Shown here in pieces: positions 1 to 12,180 of a stretch of 64,000 bases of DNA (positions are counted from its first letter, which is position 1; each line of letters starts with the position of its first letter). The stretch is from Octopus sinensis (taxonomy: Eukaryota). The notes beneath the pieces were generated by a model. It was given only the letters and a program-made list of their open reading frames with translations, had not been told where the DNA came from and did no database searches. Where the stretch lies: contig NC_043000.1 in assembly GCF_006345805.1 (NCBI RefSeq), positions 43,462,001 to 43,526,000 of the forward strand, written 5' to 3'. The translations under genes and the position numbers were made by a program.

Positions 1-508
1 AAGGCGATGGCCTCATGGAGCTAATAAGCGGTCAGCTTTATTCTTATTTTTATAAGAATGCCATATTAGTATGGCGATAACTAATATTTTCCGGGAACGC
101 TGCCGTTGTTCTCTTTTAGAGAGACTTAGTAATTTTAATATTTCTATTATTGAAAACAAGTGGATGTATTCCACCGAAGCTAGGAAAATAAAACCTTTGA
201 ACAGAGATTGTCAGAAGCGACACCTACTGGTTTGGCTACGCTGCATTGAAAAGGGGCAATACCCCGAAACGCGTCTGTAGCTGCCGGCCAAGTAGTGTGG
301 AGCGACTGACCTCCCTTGTTCAAAGGTTATATGGATACAGTTGTGTATCAAATAGCTAACTTAAGGCGATGGCCTCATGGAGCTAATAAGCGGTCAGCTT
401 TATTCTTATTTTTATAAGAATGCCATATTAGTATGGCGATAACTAATATTTTCGGGAACGCTGCCGTTGTTCTCTTTTAGAGAGACTTAGTAATTTTAAT
501 ATTCCTAT

Positions 509-510
<2 letters not shown>
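1..510 (+). repeat. Partial tandem repeat, 362-bp period (PLE pseudo-LTR or retrozyme-like unit)
   Basis: Bases 1-~150 (aaggcgatggcctcatggagc...) recur almost identically from 363 to ~510, then run into (TA)n; the unit contains an HHR motif. Confidence 0.85.
241..280 (+). ncRNA. Minimal type-I hammerhead ribozyme (U3-A8 variant)
   Basis: CTGCA-TTGAAAA-GGGG caata CCCC-GAAA-CGCG-TC-TGTAG: stem I 241-245/276-280, stem II 253-256/262-265, palindromic stem III ACGCGT, GUC triplet ending at 275. Confidence 0.8.
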
Positions 511-549
<39 letters not shown>

Positions 550-929
550 ATTAGTATTTTCACACACACACACACACACAAACATATATGTAATACATAA
601 GTTCGATCAGTAGGGCAGTAAAATAAGAAATTTCATAACTAATATATCGAGCTAAATTAAAAGCTACATTAAAGTGGATATGCGATTATTATGCCCTCGT
701 ACTTTCTAGCAGTCAACTGAGTTGCGAACGGCATCCTAAAAAGACTTTGAAACTTATTCAATTCTACTTTTTATGCCAGTGAATACATCGCATAATCTTA
801 CTTGGTGTATATTATCTTATGCTCAAATATAAACGCCGACCGGGAGAACAAGAGAGCTGTAAGAAGTGGCCATGTTATAAAAAAGTTATAAAATACATTT
901 ACATTGCCTCTAGATTTTTCTCTCATGGA

Positions 930-2830
930 GAAACATTATGCTATAAATGCCTCTTTATCTGCCAACATGTATATGAATTGGTACTTGCATTCATATAACA
1001 AAGATACGTACATACATATAAAATAGCCAGATCACTTTTGCTAAAAATTACAGCCCAGTATGTTAGAACATCATGTACAACATGTACACTGGGTGCCTCA
1101 ATCTGTTCTTACTGGATCATTGTACCACCAACAACATTATAACACCTGAGAAAGATAGAGGTAGGAAGGATATAGGGAGCTGTATAAAGCAGTTCCTAAT
1201 TAACAAAATGAATTAGGAAAACAAACAAATTGGAATGAAATCTGGACGGAGTCCATACGTGGATTATTGGTAATAAAACGTTGAAGAGTCGTGCCACCCT
1301 CTGAAAATCTAAACACCAGCGGTTTATCAAGACAACCGATACAGCCAGGTGACAGCAATAGGTATCTAGGACAAAATGTCAGAGATGATGAACCTGTAAA
1401 TAAGGAGAGGACAAGGAATGAAAACCTCAGAAGGGTAAAGATAATATGCTCATTAGAACTCTCAGCTTACAACAAGCATATTACTCGCAACCCCATTGCC
1501 ATGTCTGTGCTCACGCCTAACTGGCCACTACAAGAATTCAGTGAAATCGATGTTATGACTCGCCAGCTGTTTACACGAAAATACAACATGAATATGGTGG
1601 TATAATTCCCACGCAAGGATAGTGGTTGTGTCGCAAATCTTTATTGATGTCATATGAAGCACGTATTGTGATACTGTAACAACATATGCAACAGAAGATA
1701 GGGACCAGTAATTATCCTTCGCCAAGTTGCAGAGCTTAAAAAGTAAAACAGCCACCATCAAATCAACACTGTAATTAGGATAGATAAGGAACGTAAGGAG
1801 AGTCAGGAAATAAGTACTGATACGGATCTATCCTCAAAGAACATTGGTAAAATCTATTAATCAGAAGAACAAAATAAAAATGGACCGGTTCACTGAGAAG
1901 ATAGTAGATAATTATATGGTACTTAAAACACATCCCATATGAGGATTGGTTATATAAAGCGATTGGCATAGATTACCGACAAATTTATGGCATTCCACTA
2001 CCCCCATGTAATTCAAAGCAAGATATCCCCAGCATGTAACAGAAAACATTGGCAGACAACAAATGTAGTTTGCGGAAGATAATGATCGAAGACATTAAAC
2101 TAATTATTGCCAACAACGAGAGATGTTATTATCTTATCATGAAACATGATGCGGTAGTCAGAACAGAAAATACCTACAGACGAAGTTGACCATATTGAGA
2201 CCGTGACCCGACGTTTCTTCTGAGGTCATTTGTTCAACATCACTTCGCCCATGTCTTTTGGTCCGACAGCCTTTTGTCCGATGATTTTTTATCCAACGAC
2301 ATTTTGTCGAATTTTCAATAAACCCTTTAGAAATGAAGGTGAACATCAAAATGAAATAATCATTGAGAATTTTATCAATAGGTTTTGTCGTTGGACAAAA
2401 GAAGCCTCGTACAAAAAGCAGCCTCGGACGAAAAGATGTAGTCGAAAAGACGTTTGACGAAGTGACGTCGGACGAAAAATCATAGCACCTTAAAATACAA
2501 CCGTCAAATTATTGCTGCTTGTGATCTCAGGGAAAATATTTTCGGTATTGGAAATCAGTTGCATTCTGGACACCAACGTGGTGAGAAAAATACTATAGAA
2601 AGAGGACATATATGGACATATAAGGAGTTTGCAAATCCAGTACCCAAATCTACTTTTAGTTCATAACTATTATCAACGGAGCAACGCAATACGTGCCAAT
2701 CTGTTTGGAGCAAAGTATCGCTGAATTTGATATTTTGGGGAGAGAGCACAAATCCTTAATTAATACGCTACAAATGATCACGATATCTGGGGCTATAAAA
2801 ATGTGCAAGACTTCATTAAGATTCAGACGA
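930..2830 (+). mobile_element. Heavily decayed R4/Dong-like (RLE) non-LTR retrotransposon fragment
   Basis: ORF 1291-1605 has RYLGQ...NENLRRVKIICSLELSAYNK (RT thumb-like); near 2050-2160 ADNKCSLRKIMIEDIKLII and YYLIMKHDAVV resemble a decayed CCHC plus RHD motif. Boundaries approximate. Confidence 0.55.
2205..2490. mobile_element. Fold-back MITE-like element with ~15-bp subrepeats in inverted arms
   Basis: Left arm has tt(c/t)gtccga-like units and right arm tcggac(g/a)aa-like units, around an AT-rich spacer. Confidence 0.55.
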
Positions 2831-2974
2831 TGATGATTAAAGCAAAGTTCTTTCCTTCATTACCTTGCTCCTCTGTAGGTTGTCGGTCAAAAATAATTCG
2901 AAAATAATAAGTAAGAAACTAACATACATGTATACATATATACATCGCTACCAACCTACTTACGTACGAACGTA

Positions 2975-3031
2975 CGTACCTGCCTTTCTGCCTTTCTGCC
3001 TGCCTTTCTGCCTGCCTTTCTGCCTGCCTTT

Positions 3032-3081
<50 letters not shown>

Positions 3082-3116
3082 ACCTACCTACCTACCTACC
3101 TACCTACCTACCTAAT

Positions 3117-3174
<58 letters not shown>

Positions 3175-3200
3175 GCTAACTACGTATCTACCTACCTATC
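2975..3200. repeat. Compound tetranucleotide microsatellite (CCTG)n-(CCTA)n-(CTAA)n
   Basis: Directly visible. Confidence 0.95.
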
Positions 3201-3899
3201 TACTTACAGACATTTAGAAATACACACACAAACACGCGCTCGCATATGAGATCCAATCGATCGTGGTAAAACAGCTAGTTAGCTCCTAGCCTATTCTCTT
3301 CTTGTATAGTACACTGCAAGGAAACAATAAATCATCAATCAATAAAAATTGATTAAGCAATATATTAAATACACTTCGACCGACATCAAAATTAAAAAGG
3401 TAATCCTGATATGATTATAGATGCTACAAAACTCCAGGTTAAAAGCACTTATGTTATTAACTATGAAACAAGTAGGTGTGTAAATGAAAAGAACGGAAGC
3501 GGTTAAGCACTACAAGTTTCCAAAGTGCACAAAATTCAAATTATGAGTTATTGAAGCAATATCATAATCAATGATGAATAGTGTATTTTCCTCAGGTGCA
3601 GACTACCATGTTATTACCCTAAGGAAAACGCGCTCGCCATACTTAATTATGAAGTTGTTTTAATAAGTCATTATATGGATATTCTTAACTTCGGAAACGT
3701 AGATAGTGTTTTACTGCTTCGCATCCTTTCTCTTTCTCTCTCTCTCTCTCACACGTTCTCTGTTTGTCTTTTATATTTTTGCACAGAAAGGCACACATAC
3801 AATCACATTCTCACACACATGGATATTTTGGGTACCCATATTTCAGCGGTAGCTTGTCCAGCCCGGAACTGAAAAAACCTGGCAAATTACAGTCAATAA

Positions 3900-4213
3900 C
3901 ATACTGGAAGGCCAATTTTACAGCATCGTCGGAATAAAATTTTTCCTATCAAAAAGTTATCCAAATTCTGAAAGAAGTGGTAGTCAGTGTGGGCAAGATC
4001 AGGTGAGTGCGGTGGATGATGGAGAAATTCCAACTCCAACTCCTATAATTTCCCCAATGTAATTTTTTGCGATGTGTGGTCTAGCGATGTCTTGCAATAA
4101 AATAGAAGTGGATCTGTTGATTAATTTAGGGTGTTTTTATTTTGTTTCTGCATCATTTGGTCCAGTTAGCTGCAGTATACTTCGGTCGTGATTGATGACC
4201 CAGGTTTAATGAA

Positions 4214-4215
<2 letters not shown>
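3900..4215 (-). mobile_element. mariner transposase C-terminal fragment (pseudogene)
   Basis: Minus strand reads LLQDIARPH and, after a frameshift, LHHPPHSPDLAHTDYHFFQNLDNFL (YSPDLAPxD motif). Confidence 0.85.
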
Positions 4216-4255
<40 letters not shown>

Positions 4256-4387
4256 CTCAGTAAAAATTTTAGATTCAGTTGAATATGGTGCTTAAGTTAA
4301 AGACACCAGAATTTAGTATGGTATTATCGATATAATTCAAAATGGGGCGCTTTTAATCAAATTAAGCAACAAAGATATCCAGAGGTA

Positions 4388-4476
4388 ATGCAGTACGATC
4401 GTTTCATGCGACTCCATTTAATTAAACAATGCAAGTATTACATCAGTTTAAAATGGAGAACAATCTTCAGCTGCAT
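4388..4476 (-). ncRNA. Hammerhead-like motif with extended stem II
   Basis: Minus strand: ATGCAG-CTGAAGA-[stem II including CTCCATTT/AAATGGAG]-GAAA-CGATCG-TA-CTGCAT; 6-bp stem I, palindromic stem III ACGATCGT, GUA triplet. Confidence 0.7.
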
Positions 4477-4859
4477 ACAAATACAGAATTTAGTTAAATA
4501 TAAAAAGATTCATTTCTATAGTTATTCCATTAACCAACATCACAAAGATGGTAAATAGGTAGACAGAGAGACAAGTTTCATCAACAAAAACATAGTAGTA
4601 ATTAATATTTTTTCATGGAAAAACTGTTCATCATTGATTGTATATTGTATACAATACTAAAAGTACTCCGACTCCCCGAAACAGCTCTCCGAAATAACCC
4701 ATTCATGAATGAATGGGTATAGTTTGGAAAGTTATAAGATTTAAGCTTAGAGAATAGTATAGAATATTATTATTATTATTTACAGAATTGTAAAAATCAA
4801 CGCTGCTTAACAAAATTTCGGGCGTTGTGCCTAGAGTAGAAAAGAATATGTATGAATTA

Positions 4860-6591
4860 CGCTGGGGAACAAGGTTTTTGTTGTCTGGTATTGGATATAT
4901 ATCTACTACTACTTCTTAGGTGCTGATTTCAAAAAGGAAATCAATTTTGTTCTATCACTCCAAGATTTTCCACTAACTCAGATGTCAATTTTTCAACATT
5001 GCTGGAATTGTCACCATTTCTGAGAGTAGATTTGACCTCATCAAATGCAAGCCCATGCATAGAGGTTGACATAACTTTGGAAACATAGTTTTTCAATGGC
5101 ATTTAAAGTAAATACAAATACAAAAGTGACAACAAAAGTCATGATTTAAGCATCTTCAGTAAATAAAAAAAGTATCAAACTTGAGCAACTTTCATTATTT
5201 TCAACCTAACCAGTTTCAAATGTCATGATGATGACAAAAAGTCATTTGTAAAATTAGATGTTAAGAAACATCATATATTCGTTGTCTATGAGGCCATACA
5301 TATTTAATATTTGCGAAATTTGTCTGAAGATAAGCCCACACTCTGCTTTATTTAGTGTGACTATCATTGCAAACTAGATGAGACATATTTTGTTGAACTT
5401 TTAACAGTTCCATATGAAAATTGGTATTTTGAATGTGCCCTTAATGTTTTATCTGTAAGCTCACATGGGTCAAAGTCAGTCTTAGTCAAGCATGGTCAAA
5501 AAGAACGGCAAAAAGAACTTCACAGTATATATGCTCTTTATTGGAACTTGGTCATCACAAATAAAGATTTGCTTGCTGTATAAATGTTGACTATTCTGAA
5601 AATTATTTTCCCAGGTGACAGCTGGTTTGAATACGTTTTGTATTTCAGAAATATGGCTAATTGTGAGAGAAGAGAATGTAAAAACATTCCCCATGTCTTC
5701 TGTTTATTTCTGTGAAGATTTTGTGAAGAAAGCTTATCTTACTTCTTCACTTACTTTAGCATGAAAGTGGGTGACAAGACAAAGTTTCTGTAGAAAGACT
5801 GAGACTGATTGCTTCAAATATTTAAGCAGACAGTTTCCCGTTTTGTCTTGTGAGAAAATTAAGGTTGCTGTGTTTGATGGGCCATATAGATAGCTATTGT
5901 TGGGCGAGCTATTTTTGGAGACCATGTCCGGCATTGAAATAGAAGCAAAGAATGCTTTTGCCGCAGTTATATCTGATTTCTTGGGAAACATGTATCGGTC
6001 AAATCATAACGAGCTTGTGCAGACCCTGTTAATCACTTTTCGAGCACTGGGCTGCAACAAGAGTGTAAATGTGCTTTTCCTGCAGAGTCATCTGAACTAC
6101 TTCCTTGAAAATCATAAGGCAATAAGAGAAGAACAAGAAGATATATTCAACTAAGACATCGAGAACATAGGGACTAGGTAACCAGGCACGTGGAATACCA
6201 AAATGATGCTGTCTACCACAGGTCACCGCAAAAAAAACTGCCATGATGCAATTTATTCACATAAAGCAGAGAAGAAAAAGTTCATTCCTTGAATAGCTGA
6301 AACTCCAGTTTGACAGAAATATATATTCTAAGATGCGTAATGAAACATTTTGTATAATATATCTGTTAAACAATAAAACGTACTATTTGGCTTGTGTTAG
6401 TTTCCTATTTCAGTATTGCATTCAATGACAACATTGACACTTTTTGGTAAAAAAATCAATCCTTGTTTAACAAAAAACGTGACGTGGAAAAAAATTCCTG
6501 AGAGCATTCCTAAACCCAGCTTCAACAAATTAGATAGCACTAATTGTAAAGAGCAAGACAACTAAAAATGTTTCAAAAATGTTCTCCAGTG
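4860..6591 (+). mobile_element. Chapaev3-like (CMC) DNA transposon, internally deleted and decayed
   Basis: Imperfect TIRs CGCTGGGGAACA (4860-4871) and TGTTCTCCAGTG (6580-6591), 10/12 match. Peptide remnants CFKYLSRQFPVLSCEKIKVAVFDGP and DFLGN...LGCNKSVNVLFLQSHLNYFLEN resemble Chapaev3 transposases. Confidence 0.7.
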
Positions 6592-9191
6592 GCATCGGTT
6601 CATGATACTAGCGATGTTAGGTGTAGTTCAAGTAGATATTACTGGATGTAAATCTCGAGGATCGTGTGTGCAAAATGTTCCCTGTAGTACATATTTAGTC
6701 CTTCGTGTGTTATAACCCTTCATGAATTATGAAATATATTATACAGGTGGAGAAATAAAATAAATTCATTTCTACTTTCCTCAAGCATATATTATAACTT
6801 TGGATATATTTTTCTCAACTTAACTAAACTAGCCTGCAACACATGAATTTTCGGTTTACTAATCCGAAACCTTGATAATTTTGCTTCAATATTTATATGA
6901 CAGAGATTACAAAACCTTTAGCACATGATGCATCATCCTGCCAGTCTCCTTATCTTTCGTCAGCCAAACTCATGCTTTCGATATGATGGTTCTGATACTA
7001 AGCAAAGAACATATTGCAGTCCTTTGATTTCTCTTTGACAGAACGTTTCGCTATGCATGAGAATATTTCATAGAGGCAAGGAGCAAAGCTGTTGCTCCAC
7101 ATGACCAAACAATTCGTTTTCAATTATTTTACATTTGCCAGCATAATTTCATGATTTACAATCCTCCCAAGATTTTCGTTCGTAACAGTCACGATTTTTC
7201 TAATTGAATCTGTAGAATGTAAAGCACTTTTCTGAACAGCGAATAACGTCCCGAATTCGCACGCTTAAATTGTTCTGTAGTTATTATGAATGTTGGAAAA
7301 TGAATCTATGCTCATAATTTCACCCGTATATTTTCTAAATGTAGCATATTCTTTTTGCTAAAGCCGCAGTACCTGCTACTAAAACTGATATGGTGTTTTA
7401 TTCCTTTTTTCTCTGACCCACATCTTCTGCCGTTTTTTTCCCCGAAATATGGAAATTTATCATTTGTTTTGAAGACTCAACAGCTATTTCATTTGGGCAG
7501 GGTCATGGTTATGCCTTTACAAATTATCATAATTTTGATTATATATTAGCCCGTATTTGTATTTTGTGTAGTTTTTCTTGCTGCTACTGAACCAGTACTG
7601 TAATTTACGAGTAAATGTCTATGTGCTATCAAGACGTATTTCAATACTTTGATGACATCGCGGTATATAATTTTCGCTTACAGTCGATCTGTATGAGAAA
7701 ATCTAATATGATTGTAGAATGCTTTTAATTGTAGCATGGTGAGATCCGCCATTGATTAGACACTAAACTAGTATACTTACACCTGGTAAGTACCAAGCAC
7801 CGACTATTTGGTAGTTAATAAAACCTGACCCCCAGGTTATTTCTCGGTTAGAGAGTTGGTGGCTCACAGTTTCCTACAGAAATATATATTAATTGAATAT
7901 TTTCTTTCCTGTGCGATTGACAATGAGAACAAATTAAATAATATAACACATCAGTGAGACAGATCAGCATTGCATATAGCAAGTATAGTTGGATAAAACA
8001 AATATTTAGGAGATAATAACTTTAGACATTGCTGACCAGTTCCAAAGCAAGCTTTCGCCAAGCGACCCTACTACCTTGGGATCAAATAATTAGATTAGCT
8101 GGGAATAAAACTCATTTCTACTTTCTCTGCAAACAGAGTTATTTTCCCAACATAAGCTTAAACGAATAATAGTTAATAGTAATGCTTTCTTGTCACATAA
8201 ACTCTACCTCTTATTTTCATTCCATGTATTTCTCTGTTTTTCTACAACCATTCCTTTCACACTTTATTTGTCATGCTCCATTAAACTATTCTTCTTGTTG
8301 GTTGCTTTGTGTGTGATACTGCCTGTGTGATACTTGAATATATCTGCCTTGCTACTACATTCAGTTTAGCCACTGACTTTGAACATTCAGTGCTGTGTAA
8401 GAACAATTTTTTCGAACATAATTTCTTTTTTTCTACATCACTCGACATCCCTGATATATATAATGCCAAACCATATAGGAAAAGCCGTAATTTAAATTCA
8501 TTTGGTGCCAAAGAAATTTGGATTGAACAAAGATAATCTAAGATTTCGTTATATTTTAAGAATATGTATTAAAAGTGAACATACCACTGACAGATTAAAT
8601 AACAAGGCATCTGAAGCGTATTATATTTTCAGACTTAATTGCAAACATACAACGTCACCCATTTGAAAAAACACATATCATACTGGCATAAGTAATACAA
8701 TTCTACAGGAAAACAATTTACAATGATTTGGAATATTGTTCCATGATATTAACAAGATTTCTACGTGTTATAATATTTTTAAGCTACAAATATTAATTTG
8801 TTAATTCAACGGGAAACAATTTATGCACTTCGATATTGGAGAGTATTAGCCTCATCATGTTCATTATATTATGCATAATTAAAGCATAAATGTTTCTTTA
8901 GCTTTAATTAATTGAATTCACAGTTAAACACAAGCACGCTCATGTATATGTATATAAAGTTTCGTGTTTTTACATTATTATTATTTTTTTGTTAAACGTT
9001 TCAAAATGCGCACAGAAAGTATAGATTATTAAAGAGGATCATTCGGATATTATCATCTACATGTATCTTCCAAATGTTCCCAACATAATTTACACTCTCG
9101 AAATGAAAATAATCTTTAAAGCTATATTATAGACATAATCCCTAGAGGAGGAACGGAGTGTGATTATGCCTATATATATGTATACATACAT

Positions 9192-9257
9192 GGCGGTGCC
9201 CCAGCATGGCCACAGCTCATGAGCTGAAACTAGAATCAATCAATCAATCAAATCAAT
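9192..9257 (+). mobile_element. SINE/LINE 3' tail fragment with (TCAA)n tail
   Basis: GGCGGTGCCCCAGCATGGCC...CTGAAAC matches the 3' ends of the SINE copies ending at ~49930 and ~53691. Confidence 0.7.
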
Positions 9258-10215
9258 TAGGAAAAGAATTTCAAAACTTTTTCAGAAAAATTTAAAAAAA
9301 TTTTGAGGAAAATTTTCAGGAAATTTTTCAAAAACTTTTGGGGAAAATTTTCAAATATTTTAAATAATTTTTGGAGAAAAATTTCAAAAATTTTTGGGTA
9401 AAATTTTCTAAAATTTTTGAGGAAAATTTTCAAAAAAATTTTTCAAAAACTTTTGTGGAAATTTAAAAAAGAGATTTAAAAAAAAGTTTTGGGGAAAATT
9501 TTCAAAAATTTATGAGGAAAATTTTGAAAAAAAGTTTTGGGGAAAATTTTGAAAAATGTTTGTGAAAAATTTTGAAAAAACTTTGGGAAAAATTGTTAAA
9601 AATTTTTGGAGATAATTTTCATAAATTTTTGAAAAATTTTTGCGAAAAATTCTCAAAGAGTTTGGGGAAAAATTATCAAAAAATTTTTTTTTAATTTTTG
9701 GGGAAAATTTTGAAAAAAATTTGGGAATAATTTTCCAAAATTTCTGGGAAAAATTGTTGAAAATTTTTGGGGAAAATTTTCAAACATTTCGAGGAAAATT
9801 TTCCAAAAATTTTTCAAAAATTTTTGGGAAAATTTTGAAAAAAATTTGGGAATAATTTTCCAAAATTTCTGGGAAAAATTGTTGAAAATTTTTGGGGAAA
9901 ATTTTCAAACATTTCGAGGAAAATTTTCCAAAAATTTTTCAAAAATTTTTGGGGAAAATTTTCCAAAAATTTTTGGGGAAAAGATTCAAAAATTTGAGGA
10001 AAATTTTCAGAAAATTAAAAAAAAATTTTTGGGGAAAATTTTCTAAAAAATTTTCAAAACTTTTGGGAAAAATTTTCAAATGTTTTTGGGAAAAATTTTC
10101 AAAAAGTTTTGTGGAAAATTTTCAAAAATTTTATGGAAAAATTTTCAAAATTTTGGGGAAATTTTCAAAAAATTTCCGAAAATTTTTGAGGAAAGTTTTC
10201 AAAAAATTTTTCAAT
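9258..10215. repeat. Degenerate A/T-tract minisatellite (~22-bp unit GGGAAAATTTTCAAAAATTTTT)
   Basis: About 950 bp of repeated AnTn tracts, with an internal 125-bp duplication (gggaataattttcc at 9723 and 9848). Confidence 0.9.
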
Positions 10216-10864
10216 TATTTTACGGAGATTTAAATTCATGTTATTTGACCAAATCCTAGTTGTTTATGCAACTCAAGGATTGTGAGTCGTCTATCCGCGG
10301 GAATCAATAAATCTAAAATTTGACGATTCATATGCGTGGTGGCAGTTGATGGTTTTTGCAATGCATGGTTTTACTTAATATCCATTTCTTATACATTAAA
10401 CTTCTCAGTCTATCTTTTCCGATTGCTCTCATAAATATTGTTTTCTCTGCAAGCGACGTGTAGCCTGTTTATGTCGGAGAGCAAACATAAACCGGAATCA
10501 TATACTATTGTCTATGCTCTAGATATGGGAATAATCTGTTGTCATTCCAGTTTGTGTAACAATTTATACAAGACTTGTAGGAGCAGTTATAACAAACGAT
10601 GTGGCTCACAATTGTGAAGTGCAAGATATCAGTGCTCAGGATATAAAGAAATATGAGTTAGGACTCAATAAATGTGCTCCGTCCTCTAAAGCCGCTTAAA
10701 TCTTATGTAGATGATGGTTATAATGTTGAAGTTAAATTTAAATATTTAAACGCATTTGGGTATGAGTTTTCTAGTCTTGTTGTCACTCAGGTTTCATAAG
10801 ATACCTAAATACGGATCACATTTTAGTATGTAGAGAATTATATATTATTCATGCAACAATAAAT

Positions 10865-10945
10865 ATTGGTTTCAAATTTTGGCACAAGGCCAAAAATTTC
10901 GGCATATGCGGTGAGTTAATTATATTGTCCCCAGTTCACCAAAAT
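10865..10945 (-). mobile_element. SINE family B 3' fragment
   Basis: ttggtttcaaattttggcacaaggcc matches the ends of the copies at ~12955 and ~60918. Confidence 0.65.
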
Positions 10946-11170
10946 GGAGAGAAGAGCAGATGTCATTGCTTCCGAAAAATTCATGGAACACCCATTTTCC
11001 AAGTTTAGGAACCTTTCCAAGTTGTTGAAGATGATGATTAACAGTTGTATGGTTTAAACTAAGCTTTATTGCCAATTCTTCAACTGATAATGCATGATTT
11101 TCTTCAAGTAATGCCACAACTAACTCAACTGGACTTCCTGTTCTATCTTCATCTTTAATTTTAAAAAAAA
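10946..11170 (-). mobile_element. mariner transposase HTH fragment
   Basis: KDEDRTGSPVEL...SVEELAIKLSLNHTTVNHHLQQLGKVPKLGKWVFHEF (WVPHEL-like motif). Confidence 0.85.
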
Positions 11171-12180
11171 GTAAAATAGGACAGAACTTATGGGTTGACC
11201 TGATAGAACTATATGGAATACTAGCGAGTTCCCAGAATCCTTGAAAACTACTACAACGGGAATATTGTATAGACATTGTATGAGATTGTGGTAACTAATT
11301 TATTAATCTATACAACGTTTTGAAAGAAACATTCATTCTATAAAATAAATAAAAATACAAATGGAAATATAATGAATAAATAACTTCCAGAAAATCAATA
11401 TTTCATTTCTGACTGAATTACCAGGTAAATATGCATGACAATTAGAGTTCAGGTATCTTTGCAACAGCGGATAATGGACAGGTTTTACTTAACTAAAATG
11501 AATTTTGAACCAAATACCGCTTTCGGGGTCACTTCCTCCTGAATGGTGATAAAGCGTTTTTACCTAACTTCAAATATTTGTCAGAGACTTAACAATCATG
11601 TGTCTTACTGTAGGAAACATTCTTGGTTGAAGGGAAGTAAATATATTTTAAATCCAGGAATGGTTTTAAACTCAATGATGCAAAAGATCACTTGACTTTT
11701 TAAAGGTGGTAATTCGCCATTAATCCCCCATTTGTTATGACAATTGACAAGAATCCTTTTCAAACATATAATACAGACACTATAGTTGCCAAAACCAGTA
11801 TTTTGTCATGACGAACTGTTAGAAGTCTGGGCAGCAGAAACTGAAAATATAGAATATGAGAATGTCTTATTACCTCGTAAGTTATATACGTAAGTAGAAA
11901 ATCTAAACTACTTATATACGTGCACATTTTATATGTGTACTAATATGGCTAGGGTTAGGCATACAGAAAAAGTTCGACATATATTGTATATATAGACAGA
12001 TTTGTAATAACTTGATGGAAGCTTCACTTCGTAATGTGTAATATGCTATAAATATTAATTTACTCAATATGTACCGATTGTTCAAATCATGCAAATAGTC
12101 CTGTAAACTGCCATCAGTGAAAGGTTTTCATATGTAACTTGAACAATTGTTAATCACATTCAACTATGCACATGTACGAT

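Noticed and set aside
9640-10233. K/F/I-rich ORFs
   Set aside because: Translations of the A/T-tract minisatellite, open in several frames.
10315-10350. NLTIHMR peptide resembling a C2H2 zinc-finger helix
   Set aside because: Preceded by a stop, with no CxxC or second His; likely chance.
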